DNA from: Verrucomicrobiota bacterium
GTDB taxonomy: Bacteria; Verrucomicrobiota; Verrucomicrobiia; Limisphaerales; CANJXF01
Length of the DNA stretch: 41,143 nucleotides
Reading direction: 5' to 3'
NCBI GenBank assembly: GCA_039925885.1
Contig: JBDSYB010000381.1
Span: 1-41,143, forward strand
Part shown: piece after piece, positions 19,339-27,824 of the stretch
Layout: every line of letters begins with the position of its first letter
Numbering within the stretch: position 1 is the stretch's first letter
The notes under the pieces: model-generated
The model's input: the letters and a program-made list of their open reading frames with translations, nothing else
Told to the model about the DNA's origin: nothing
Databases searched by the model: none
Position numbers and translations under genes: made by a program

Positions 19339-19437
19339 CTTAACGCAGAGGGCGCAAAGGTCAGCGCAAAGGACGCAAAGTTGTTTTCTGTTTTCTCTGC
19401 GCACCTCTGCGAGAACCTTTGCGTCCTCTGCGTTAAG
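19339..19437. repeat. REP-like palindromic element built of cgca(g/a)ag units
   Basis: Arms cttaacgcagagggcgcaaaggtcagcgcaaaggacgcaaag and ctctgcgcacctctgcgagaacctttgcgtcctctgcgttaag are imperfect inverted repeats of about 42 bp. Confidence 0.8.
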
Positions 19438-19472
19438 ATCTGGATTCCCCATCCCGCAACGTTTTCACAACT

Positions 19473-19871
19473 ATGAACTCCGACGATTTTGAAAAACGAC
19501 TTGAGCGGCAAACCTTTCGTCCAATTCCCGGCGAATGGCGGCGAAAGATTCTGCAAGCGGCCGAAATTTCCGTTGCCGCTCCGCAGAGGAATGGTGCAAA
19601 GATCGTTCGGCTCTTTCAGCCGCATCCCGGGTGGGCTGCATTGGCGGCAGTTTGGCTCGTGATCGTCGCGCTGAACTTTTCACAAAAGGAGTCCGTTCCC
19701 GCAGAATCGCGAATTGCAGCAAAGCCTGAGGACGTTCAGTTCGCGATTCACCAACGCCAACTGCTTTTCGCAGAATTGAACAGTTCGCAATCAATTCCGG
19801 CAGCGGAACCGCCGAAAGATTCACAACCACGTCCGCACAGCGCGTTGCGGCCAAACATTTGCGCCGCATGA
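19473..19871 (+). CDS. Putative single-pass anti-sigma factor
   Basis: Follows the ECF sigma gene. Short cytoplasmic helix (DDFEKRLERQ..RPIPGEWRRKIL) and one TM segment (WAALAAVWLVIVAL). Confidence 0.65.
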   Translation: MNSDDFEKRLERQTFRPIPGEWRRKILQAAEISVAAPQRNGAKIVRLFQPHPGWAALAAVWLVIVALNFSQKESVPAESRIAAKPEDVQFAIHQRQLLFAELNSSQSIPAAEPPKDSQPRPHSALRPNICAA

Positions 19872-21682
19872 ACGAGAATACAAAAAAACTTTTCCATCTT
19901 GCGTGGAATGAGCCACGTCGATTTTTCTTTTACCTGATGGCCTTGGCCATCTTCGGCGTCGCGGCGATGTATGCAATGAGTGTGCTGACGGTGGAACCAG
20001 TAGGTTCCAGTTTGCACAAGGCAACGCTGATCTCTTTCGCTGTCTTCATTCTGACTGCGGTTTTCAGCGCCTTACTTTTCGTGCTCGCGTGGATTCCGCC
20101 GATTAGCCGTTTGCTGACGTGGATATTGCAGCGCCGTTTTTTTGCGCTCGTTTGCGTGCTGACCCTGGTTGCGCTTTTTTACGCGGTGGAAAACTGGCGC
20201 GGGCGTCACGCCTGGCAAAGTTTTCGCAAAGCTGAAGAAGCGCGGGGGGAAATTTTTGATCTCCTTAAGTTGGTGCCGCCGCCGGTGCCGGATGATCAAA
20301 ACTTTGCCATGGCCGACATTTGGGTGCGCGAAATTACTTTGCAAATCGGGCGGGAGCGCGCCCGACGTTGGTACGGCGACCGCGTTGATCTCGTGAACAC
20401 AAATGCGACGCGACCACTGGAAATGCCCGTTGATCTTTCAGTTCTGGATTTAACCAATGGCGCAGGGAATTTTCAAAAAGGCATAAAAACAGATTTGGCT
20501 GCATGGCAAAATTATTATCGACAGCTTGCTGAAAAAACGAATTTTTTTCCTGTGCCCGCGACCCCTTCTGCGCCAGCCGATGACATTTTGATTTCTTTAA
20601 GCCGTTACGATAAAACAATCGAAGAACTGCGTCGCGCCGCCTCGCTGCCGTATTCTCGGTTCCCCCTCATTTATGACGATCCCAATCCTATGTCGATTTT
20701 GCTTCCGCATCTTGCCCCGCTCAAAACCGTCGTTCGAACACTGCAATTGCGCGCCATTGCAGAACTTGGCGCAGGCAAGGAGGACGAGGCATTGGACGAC
20801 GTCGAATTGATGTTGCGAGTACTTAACGCAAATCATGGTGAACCACTTGCGATAGCGCCACTGGTTCAAATTTCTGAATTGCACCTTATCCTTCAACCAA
20901 TCTGGGAAGGCCTGGTTGCGCATCAGTGGAAAGAATCGCACTTGGCCAAACTGGAAGCCGAGTTTTCAAAGTTGGATTTTCTTTCTGACTCTACCCACTC
21001 GATGCGAGGCGAACGCGCATTTGCTATAACGGGCATTGATTATTGGGAACAACATCGCCAAGAGATGGGCGGGTTAATGGAAACTAAAGACTATACATCG
21101 GCGCTTTCGTTTGAAGACGTTTGCAATGACGCCTTCGGCCAAATCTGGCCGCGCGGCTGGTTCGATCAAAACAAACTTTCCATTGCGCGAACGTACGGCG
21201 ATTTACTGCTGCCGGTCATCGAACCACAAAATCACCGCGTTTTTCTGGCCAGACAGCGAGAATTAAGTCGTGTGTTGGATACTCCTTTTCCACACCCCGT
21301 TTACGATTGGTTTTCACGAGTGTTCATCCCCGCGCTTCAAGGTTTCTCCAGGAAAGCTGCGCGCGCTGAATCGTTGGTTGATCTCGCCCGCGTCGCTATT
21401 GCGCTAGAACGCTATCACCTGGCACACGGAAATTTCCCCCAGACCCTCGACGCTCTTGCTCCGCAGTTCCTTGCCAAAGTGCCGCACGATCTCATCACCG
21501 GAGAACCGTTGAAGTATAGCATCGCCCCGGATGGAAATTATTCGCTTTATTCCGTTGGCTGGAACGAGCGGGACGACGGCGGCAAAATTGTGCTTGGGAA
21601 AGGAAAGGCACCCTCAATTGACATAGTGCAAGGCGATTGGGTTTGGTTCTCTGCCGCGCAAGAGGGTACCGCAACGCATTAA
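19868..21682 (+). CDS. Membrane-anchored hypothetical protein with a C-terminal GspG/pilin-like motif
   Basis: ATGA overlap with the previous stop, about three N-terminal TM helices, a large helical domain, and the tail AIALERY.L.HG.FP..L..L.P..L..VP.D..TG.PL.Y. Confidence 0.75.
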   Translation: MNENTKKLFHLAWNEPRRFFFYLMALAIFGVAAMYAMSVLTVEPVGSSLHKATLISFAVFILTAVFSALLFVLAWIPPISRLLTWILQRRFFALVCVLTLVALFYAVENWRGRHAWQSFRKAEEARGEIFDLLKLVPPPVPDDQNFAMADIWVREITLQIGRERARRWYGDRVDLVNTNATRPLEMPVDLSVLDLTNGAGNFQKGIKTDLAAWQNYYRQLAEKTNFFPVPATPSAPADDILISLSRYDKTIEELRRAASLPYSRFPLIYDDPNPMSILLPHLAPLKTVVRTLQLRAIAELGAGKEDEALDDVELMLRVLNANHGEPLAIAPLVQISELHLILQPIWEGLVAHQWKESHLAKLEAEFSKLDFLSDSTHSMRGERAFAITGIDYWEQHRQEMGGLMETKDYTSALSFEDVCNDAFGQIWPRGWFDQNKLSIARTYGDLLLPVIEPQNHRVFLARQRELSRVLDTPFPHPVYDWFSRVFIPALQGFSRKAARAESLVDLARVAIALERYHLAHGNFPQTLDALAPQFLAKVPHDLITGEPLKYSIAPDGNYSLYSVGWNERDDGGKIVLGKGKAPSIDIVQGDWVWFSAAQEGTATH

Positions 21683-22260
21683 ATTTGTCGTGAAGGAGCA
21701 GACGCGCGGCGCAACAATCTCGTGCCGACTTTTCTCCACAGAAATATCACGCCCAGAATGAACAACACAACCGCCGCCACTGGAACCAGCACGGCAAGGA
21801 CGCTCATAAAAATCGATCCCACCAATTCCAGCGTCGCCACGATAGGGTTGCCCAATCCGCCAGTCGTCGCTCCCGATGCGGCGCGCGTTACCACAGTCGC
21901 GCCTTGAACTAAACCCGCCGCGCCGCCGCCAGCAATTACCGCCAGCGTCCATTTCAAAAACGGACTCATGCCGCCTACCATTGACGCGGTCACAATAGTT
22001 CCAGCAACAATTGCGGTCGGCGTAGCAATGGTGTCCATCAAATGATCGAACCACGGGATGTAATACGCCGCGATTTCCAGACAGGTCGCCACGGCGAACG
22101 CGATGAGAGCCGTATCGCTGCCGACCCATTGAAATGCGGAAACCATTTCCAGATGGCCGGCTTTGACGGCGATACTCATCACCAACATGGGCACAAAGAT
22201 GCGAAACCCACAGGCGGCGCTCAGGCCGATTCCAGCTAAAACACTTAAAAATGGGTCCAT
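21679..22260 (-). CDS. DUF4126 family membrane protein
   Basis: GIGLSAACGFRIFVP, E..AYYIPW.D...D and TTGGLGNP motifs. Confidence 0.88.
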   Translation of the reverse strand: MDPFLSVLAGIGLSAACGFRIFVPMLVMSIAVKAGHLEMVSAFQWVGSDTALIAFAVATCLEIAAYYIPWFDHLMDTIATPTAIVAGTIVTASMVGGMSPFLKWTLAVIAGGGAAGLVQGATVVTRAASGATTGGLGNPIVATLELVGSIFMSVLAVLVPVAAVVLFILGVIFLWRKVGTRLLRRASAPSRQI

Positions 22261-22471
22261 AATTTCTCCGGCAATATTGCAGAAATTTTGCTTTTGTCAG
22301 CTAAGAGGTTTTAAATTATTTGCTCAAATTATTTTCATTCCCAACTGCGAGGAGTTTGTCATGAATGCCCCCGACGACGCTTTTCGGCTTGTTTAGCACC
22401 AGAACGTATGTCATAAACTCGGTAAATAAAAGTAGCCCTCCGAACTAATTACGTGTGGCTCTTTTAGGGAA

Positions 22472-25400
22472 ATGACGATTATGAAGTTAAGCTTATGGGA
22501 GATTTTAGTCGTCTGTCGTATCGCCGCACTTACGCTTGTATCGCGCACAGGTTTCGCCGCCCCTTCACCCAGTATCACGACCCAGCCACAGAGCCAGAGC
22601 GTGGTGACGGGAACGAACACGACTTTTTCCGTCGTCGCCAGCGGACAAACACCATTGGCCTATCAATGGTCATTCAACGGAACAAATCTGACGAACAGTG
22701 CGCGCATCAGCGGTGCGACCACCAATATTCTGACCGTCAGCAATATTGGCGCAGGTGATGCAGGAAATTATCGCGCCATCGTCAGTAACAGCCACGGCAC
22801 GGCAACCAGTTCAAACGCGACTCTCACGGTTTTAATTCCGGCTGCGATCACAGGTCAACCCGCGAACCAATCCGTTCTCATCAACAGCAATGTTATTTTT
22901 TCCGCAACGGCCACAGGAACCGCTCCGTTGAATTACCGATGGTATTTCAATGGAACGCCGTTGAACGACGACGCGAACGTGAGTGGTTCAACCACAACAA
23001 ATTTAAATATTTCCAACGTTCAAACCAATCACGGCGGTTCTTATCAACTAGTGGTCACGAACAATTATGGTTCAGCCACGAGCGAGGTCGCGGGTTTGAC
23101 GGTTCTGATTCCAGTCGCAATCACAGTGCAGCCTTCAAATCAATTGATCCTGTTAAACAGCAATGCAACATTCACAACGGACGCGAGCGGCACCGGGCCT
23201 TTGAATTTTCGATGGTTTTTCAACGATGCACCGCTCGCAGGACAGACCAGTAATTTGCTGGTATTAAATTCTGTCCAAACAAACCAGGCGGGGAATTATT
23301 ATTTCATCGTCACGAATAGCTACGGCGCGGCGACCAGTTCCGTGGCGACACTCACGGTCTTGGTTCCTGCTACAATTACAGCGCAACCATCCAACCAGTC
23401 CGTGATATTAAACAGCAACGCAACCTTCACAGTGGCGGCGACTGGAACCGGCTCTATCTTTTACCAATGGCTTCAAAACGGAACGGCATTAACCAACAGT
23501 GGAAAATTCATCGGCACCGCAACTTCAACTCTAACCATTTCCGGAGTTCAAACCAACGACACTGCGTCCTATCAAGTCGTAGTCACCAACAACTACGGTG
23601 CGGTCACCAGTTCGATAGCTACGCTGACAGTTTTGATTCCGGCTAACATCACAGCGCAACCAACGAACAAGTCGGTGTTGTTAAACAGCAATGCTACCTT
23701 CAACGTGACTGCCATCGGCACAGAGACGCTCTCTTACAAATGGCTGCAAAATGGCATGACGATAACTAATGGCGGATGGTTCAGCGGCGCGACCACTTCA
23801 ACGCTGTCTATTTCAGGCGCTCAAACCAATGACAGCGCTCCGTATCAAGTAATCGTTACCAACAGTTACGGCGCGGCCACAAGTTCAGTGATCACCCTGA
23901 CGGTCTATGTTCCTGTCCTGATTATGGGACAACCGTCTAGTGCATCAGTGTTGTTGGGCAGCAACGCCAGCTTCACGGTTTCAGCAACCGGCACATTTTT
24001 AGGCTATCAATGGTATTTCAGCGGGACGCCTCTTTCCGATGGGGGACGCATCACCGGCAGCAGCACCCCGACATTGAATATCGCCGATGTTCAAACCAGC
24101 GATGCAGGGGGCTATGTCGTCGTAGTGACTAATCTCTTTAGTGCGGTTACGAGTCGGACGGCTTCGCTGACACCCTTGGTCGGCCCGACGACATCAGTGC
24201 GTTACGTGAATTTGAACAGCGCAAATCCTTTGACTCCCTATCTAGGTTGGAATACCGCTGCCACAAATATCCAGGATGCGATTGATGCGGCTGTAAATGG
24301 TGATCAAATCCTCGTCACCAATGGAACTTACAATACCGGAGGTCGGGTTTTTTACGGATCTTCCAGCAATCGGGTTGTGGTGGATAAAGCCGTTATAGTT
24401 AAAGGTGTAAGTGGATCTGACTTTACCACAATTGCGGGTTTTCAAGGTGGACCTGCTCCTTACGGCATGCGCTGTGTGTATCTGACCAACGGCGCAACTT
24501 TGATTGGTTTCACTGTAATGACCGGAGGTTCTGCCGGTTCAGGTGATCCATTGAAGGAAAAAAGTGGAGGTGGCGTTTGGTGTGAGTCGTCCACTTCGGT
24601 CGTTTCGAACTGTGTTTTAAGGAGCAACTATGCGGCACAAGGTGGCGGAGGAGTTTATCAAGGCACGTTGTTGAATTGCCTTTTTACTAACAACATCGCG
24701 GGTCAGGGTGGAGGCGCATACTCTTGCACTTTAATTAATTGCACGCTGGCGAACAATTCCTCAAGTTTTCAAGGATTGAACAGTGGTGGTGGCGCGAACT
24801 CCTGCAACTTGAGCAATTGCCTTTTGGTTTCCAATAGAGCAGGGACTGGTGGTGGCGGCGGCGGCGGAGCTTACTTTTCCACACTGAACAATTGTGTATT
24901 GAGCAATAATACGGCTATTTATGGCGGGGGTCTTTGCCTTGGGGTGGCGAATAGCTCCCTCATTTCTAGCAACCGAGCGTCCAGTTCCGGGGGCGGAAGC
25001 TATTCAAACGTTCTAAACAACTGTGTGCTGAAAAATAATTTGGCTGTCACAGATGGTGGAGGGGCTTATGGAAGTGCATTAGTCAATTGCACGATTGTAG
25101 GCAACAGCGCATCAAGCCACTCGGGAGGATTGTTCAGAGGAAGTGCAAATAATTGCATCATCTATTATAATTCCTCCACTAAGGGCGACAACTTTAATGA
25201 AGACTTCTTCCCCGTCATAAATAACTCTTGCACCACACCTCTCCCAATTCGCGGCATGGGGAATTTCATCTATGACCCTACCTTCGTAAATACATCAAGC
25301 GGCGACTTCCACCTTCAGGCCAACTCCCCTTGCATCAACGCGGGGAATAATTCCTACATCACAAACACAACTGACTTCGACGTCAACCCGCGCACTGTTG

Positions 25401-25810
25401 GTGGAACCGTCGATGTAGGAGCGTATGAATTTCAAACGCCTAGCTCGGTTCTCTCCTACGCCTTTGCCCAGCAATTCGGTTTGCCCACGGACGGCTCGGC
25501 GGATTTCAGCGACGCGGATAGCGATGGCTTGAACAACTGGCAGGAATGGCGTGCAGGAACCAACCCGACCAATGCGTTCTCGGTTTTGCAAATGCTCTCA
25601 CCGACGAACAGCATTTCGGGAGTAGTTGTAAAATGGGCCAGCGTGAGCAACATAACTTATTTCCTCGAGCGCAGCACCAACCTCGCTTCGCAACCGCCCT
25701 TCTCACTCTTGAAAAGCAACGTTCTAGGACAATCTGCAATGACTACTTATACGGACACAAACGCAGTCGGTAACGGACCCTTCTTTTATCGTGTTGGCAT
25801 CCAGCCCTGA
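22472..25810 (+). CDS. Large surface or secreted protein: six Ig I-set domains, a parallel beta-helix / choice-of-anchor-Q region and a Verrucomicrobia-type C-terminal domain
   Basis: Six repeats of I..QP..Q.V..G.NATF...YQW...Y...VTN..G..TS..ATLTV; GG(A/G)x repeats with NC..xNN; FHLQANSPCINAG and VDVGAYE; DADSDG..NWQE..AGTNP and FFYRVG. Confidence 0.9.
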   Translation: MTIMKLSLWEILVVCRIAALTLVSRTGFAAPSPSITTQPQSQSVVTGTNTTFSVVASGQTPLAYQWSFNGTNLTNSARISGATTNILTVSNIGAGDAGNYRAIVSNSHGTATSSNATLTVLIPAAITGQPANQSVLINSNVIFSATATGTAPLNYRWYFNGTPLNDDANVSGSTTTNLNISNVQTNHGGSYQLVVTNNYGSATSEVAGLTVLIPVAITVQPSNQLILLNSNATFTTDASGTGPLNFRWFFNDAPLAGQTSNLLVLNSVQTNQAGNYYFIVTNSYGAATSSVATLTVLVPATITAQPSNQSVILNSNATFTVAATGTGSIFYQWLQNGTALTNSGKFIGTATSTLTISGVQTNDTASYQVVVTNNYGAVTSSIATLTVLIPANITAQPTNKSVLLNSNATFNVTAIGTETLSYKWLQNGMTITNGGWFSGATTSTLSISGAQTNDSAPYQVIVTNSYGAATSSVITLTVYVPVLIMGQPSSASVLLGSNASFTVSATGTFLGYQWYFSGTPLSDGGRITGSSTPTLNIADVQTSDAGGYVVVVTNLFSAVTSRTASLTPLVGPTTSVRYVNLNSANPLTPYLGWNTAATNIQDAIDAAVNGDQILVTNGTYNTGGRVFYGSSSNRVVVDKAVIVKGVSGSDFTTIAGFQGGPAPYGMRCVYLTNGATLIGFTVMTGGSAGSGDPLKEKSGGGVWCESSTSVVSNCVLRSNYAAQGGGGVYQGTLLNCLFTNNIAGQGGGAYSCTLINCTLANNSSSFQGLNSGGGANSCNLSNCLLVSNRAGTGGGGGGGAYFSTLNNCVLSNNTAIYGGGLCLGVANSSLISSNRASSSGGGSYSNVLNNCVLKNNLAVTDGGGAYGSALVNCTIVGNSASSHSGGLFRGSANNCIIYYNSSTKGDNFNEDFFPVINNSCTTPLPIRGMGNFIYDPTFVNTSSGDFHLQANSPCINAGNNSYITNTTDFDVNPRTVGGTVDVGAYEFQTPSSVLSYAFAQQFGLPTDGSADFSDADSDGLNNWQEWRAGTNPTNAFSVLQMLSPTNSISGVVVKWASVSNITYFLERSTNLASQPPFSLLKSNVLGQSAMTTYTDTNAVGNGPFFYRVGIQP

Positions 25811-25833
25811 TTTCCCCGGTCACGAAATACAAT

Positions 25834-27231
25834 TTATTTTCGCCCTAATTGCGTCAGCAACTTATTGTGAATGTCACCAAAACCGCCATTGCTGAAGACG
25901 CAAACCACGTCACCGCCGCAGACGTCTTTTTTAAGGTGCGCGATAATTGAATCAACATCCGGCAAATAGGCTGCGGGCTTGCCGCCCGTTTGCAAATCCT
26001 TCATCAATTGCGCGGGATCAAGGCGCTCTTCGGGTTTGAGTAAATCCAAACGCGCAATTTGCGAGAGCACAATCGCATCTGCTTCGGTGAAGGCATCCGC
26101 CAGTTCCTTTTGAAAAATATTCCGGCGCGTGGTGTTAGTGCGCGGCTCGAAGATGGCCCAGAGTTTTTGCGTGGGATATTTGAAACGCAACGCGCGCAAT
26201 GTCTCGCGAATCGCCGTGGGATGATGCCCGAAGTCGTCCACCACCGTCACGCCGCCCGCGATTCCGCGCACTTCCATGCGACGTTTGATTCCTTTGAACG
26301 TATCGAACGCAGATTGAATTTGTTTGTTAGAAAGCCCGCAATGTTTTGCCGCCGCCACAACCGCGAGCGCATTTCGCACATTCAATTCGCCGAGGAGATT
26401 TAGATGAAATTTAAAACTGGGAATTTCAAATTCAGTTGCCGTCGCGCCGAATTTCAAATTGAACGCGCGAAATTTATTGTCGTCACCGAGGCCGAATCGT
26501 TGCACCGGGCAATGCGTGACGTTCAGCAATGGCGCAAGATTTTCGTCGTCTCCATTTGCCAGCAACAAACCGTTGCGCGGAATCAGATTGATGAAGCGTT
26601 TGAATTGAAGCTGGATCGCGGCGAGATTTTCAAAAATATCGGCGTGATCGAATTCGACGTTGTTGATGATTGCAACTTCGGGAAGGTAATGGACGAACTT
26701 GCTGCGTTTGTCGAAAAACGCGGTGTCGTATTCGTCACCTTCGATGATGAACCATTCGCTGTCGGTGAAACGCGCGCCTTGTTTTAAATTTTCTGGAATG
26801 CCGCCGATGAGAAAACTTGGATTCAATCCGTTGTGTTCAAAAACCCAGGTGAGCAAAGAAGTCGTCGTCGTCTTTCCATGGGTACCAGTGACAACAATCG
26901 AACGTTTGCCACGAATAAAAAATTCCTTGAGCAATTCCGGCAGTGAACAGTAGCGCAATTTTTTCTCCAACACGGCTTCGGCTTCAGGATTGCCGCGTGA
27001 AATGGCGTTGCCGATGACAACGAGATCCGGTTTGTGCGCGAGATTTTTTTCAGCGTATGTCGGCATGACTTCTATCTTGCGCTGCGCCAAAAACGTGGAC
27101 ATCGGCGGATAGGTATTCGGGTCTGAACCGGTGACGTGAAAACCTTTTTCAACTAGAGCAGCGGCAGCAGCACCCATCGCCGTGCCGCAGATTCCCACAA
27201 AGTGAATCGATTTTATCTCCGAAGAAAACAT
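25834..27231 (-). CDS. mpl: UDP-N-acetylmuramate:L-alanyl-gamma-D-glutamyl-meso-diaminopimelate ligase (start ATG 27231)
   Basis: HFVGICGTAMG, YPPMST, GTHGKTTT, EGDEYDTAFFDKRSKF and DDFGHHPTAI motifs. Confidence 0.95.
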   Translation of the reverse strand: MFSSEIKSIHFVGICGTAMGAAAAALVEKGFHVTGSDPNTYPPMSTFLAQRKIEVMPTYAEKNLAHKPDLVVIGNAISRGNPEAEAVLEKKLRYCSLPELLKEFFIRGKRSIVVTGTHGKTTTTSLLTWVFEHNGLNPSFLIGGIPENLKQGARFTDSEWFIIEGDEYDTAFFDKRSKFVHYLPEVAIINNVEFDHADIFENLAAIQLQFKRFINLIPRNGLLLANGDDENLAPLLNVTHCPVQRFGLGDDNKFRAFNLKFGATATEFEIPSFKFHLNLLGELNVRNALAVVAAAKHCGLSNKQIQSAFDTFKGIKRRMEVRGIAGGVTVVDDFGHHPTAIRETLRALRFKYPTQKLWAIFEPRTNTTRRNIFQKELADAFTEADAIVLSQIARLDLLKPEERLDPAQLMKDLQTGGKPAAYLPDVDSIIAHLKKDVCGGDVVCVFSNGGFGDIHNKLLTQLGRK

Positions 27232-27238
27232 GGGGTGG

Positions 27239-27267
27239 AGACTAACTACAGAGTCACCGAGACACAA
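27239..27267 (-). promoter_or_regulatory. Sigma70-type promoter for a leaderless mpl transcript, overlapping a repeat half-site
   Basis: Minus strand TTGTGT-17-TAGTCT, then 7 nt to the ATG. Confidence 0.5.
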
Positions 27268-27294
27268 AGTTTTTCAAACTCAAGCTTCTGAAAT

Positions 27295-27621
27295 TTAGCT
27301 TTTCGCTTCTTGGAGCCGTGGAGTTTTGGCGGCCGATTTGCGTTTGGGCCGCTGGCTTTTTGGGGTGAAGCCGCCGGGTTCCCACATGTCCACCGGCAAC
27401 CATGTTTCTTCACCGTCTTGATGGTGGCACACGACAACGGAGCCGGATTGCCCTAATGAAAACGAACTGATCGGACTTCCAGATTCAAAGTCGTGGTCGG
27501 GCATCAAACTAATATTAATTCCATTCACGAAATCTTTTGCCCGAATGAAAAGCTTTCCGCAGGAAGCGTCGAACCAAACTCGATCAGCGACATCAATCTC
27601 GATGGAAAAATCCACGTTCAT
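27295..27621 (-). CDS. Hypothetical protein, putative antitoxin (DUF2442-like position)
   Basis: Intact 108-aa ORF whose ATG overlaps the 3' end of the upstream DUF4160-like remnant. Assignment is from context only. Confidence 0.55.
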   Translation of the reverse strand: MNVDFSIEIDVADRVWFDASCGKLFIRAKDFVNGINISLMPDHDFESGSPISSFSLGQSGSVVVCHHQDGEETWLPVDMWEPGGFTPKSQRPKRKSAAKTPRLQEAKS

Positions 27622-27812
27622 TTAATTTGACGCTAAAACTCTCGATGCCTTCTTGCAAATTCTTATTCTATATGAGTTCCAAATCGCGAATCGCTCCATT
27701 ATTTCTATCGTAAACACCTATCAATTTATTACCTCGAAACACGTGAATGTGTTTCCCGTCATGATCACTGCTCCGAAACTCGAAGATGTGACCTTTGTAT
27801 TTAAAAGCGCAT
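27593..27812 (-). pseudogene. DUF4160-like toxin pseudogene (frameshift plus nonsense codon)
   Basis: ATG CGC TTT TAA carries one extra T. The shifted frame reads KYKGHIFEFRSSDHDGKHIHVFRG...LELI*(TAG 27670-27668)NKNLQEGIESFSVKLNERGFFHRD*, with the DH...HIHV motif. Confidence 0.65.
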
Positions 27813-27824
27813 CGCGAAAATAAG

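Noticed and set aside
22560-24180. Roughly 270-bp periodic repeats that could suggest an array
   Set aside because: These are diverged protein-level Ig domain repeats inside one ORF, not CRISPR repeats or DGR template/variable repeats.
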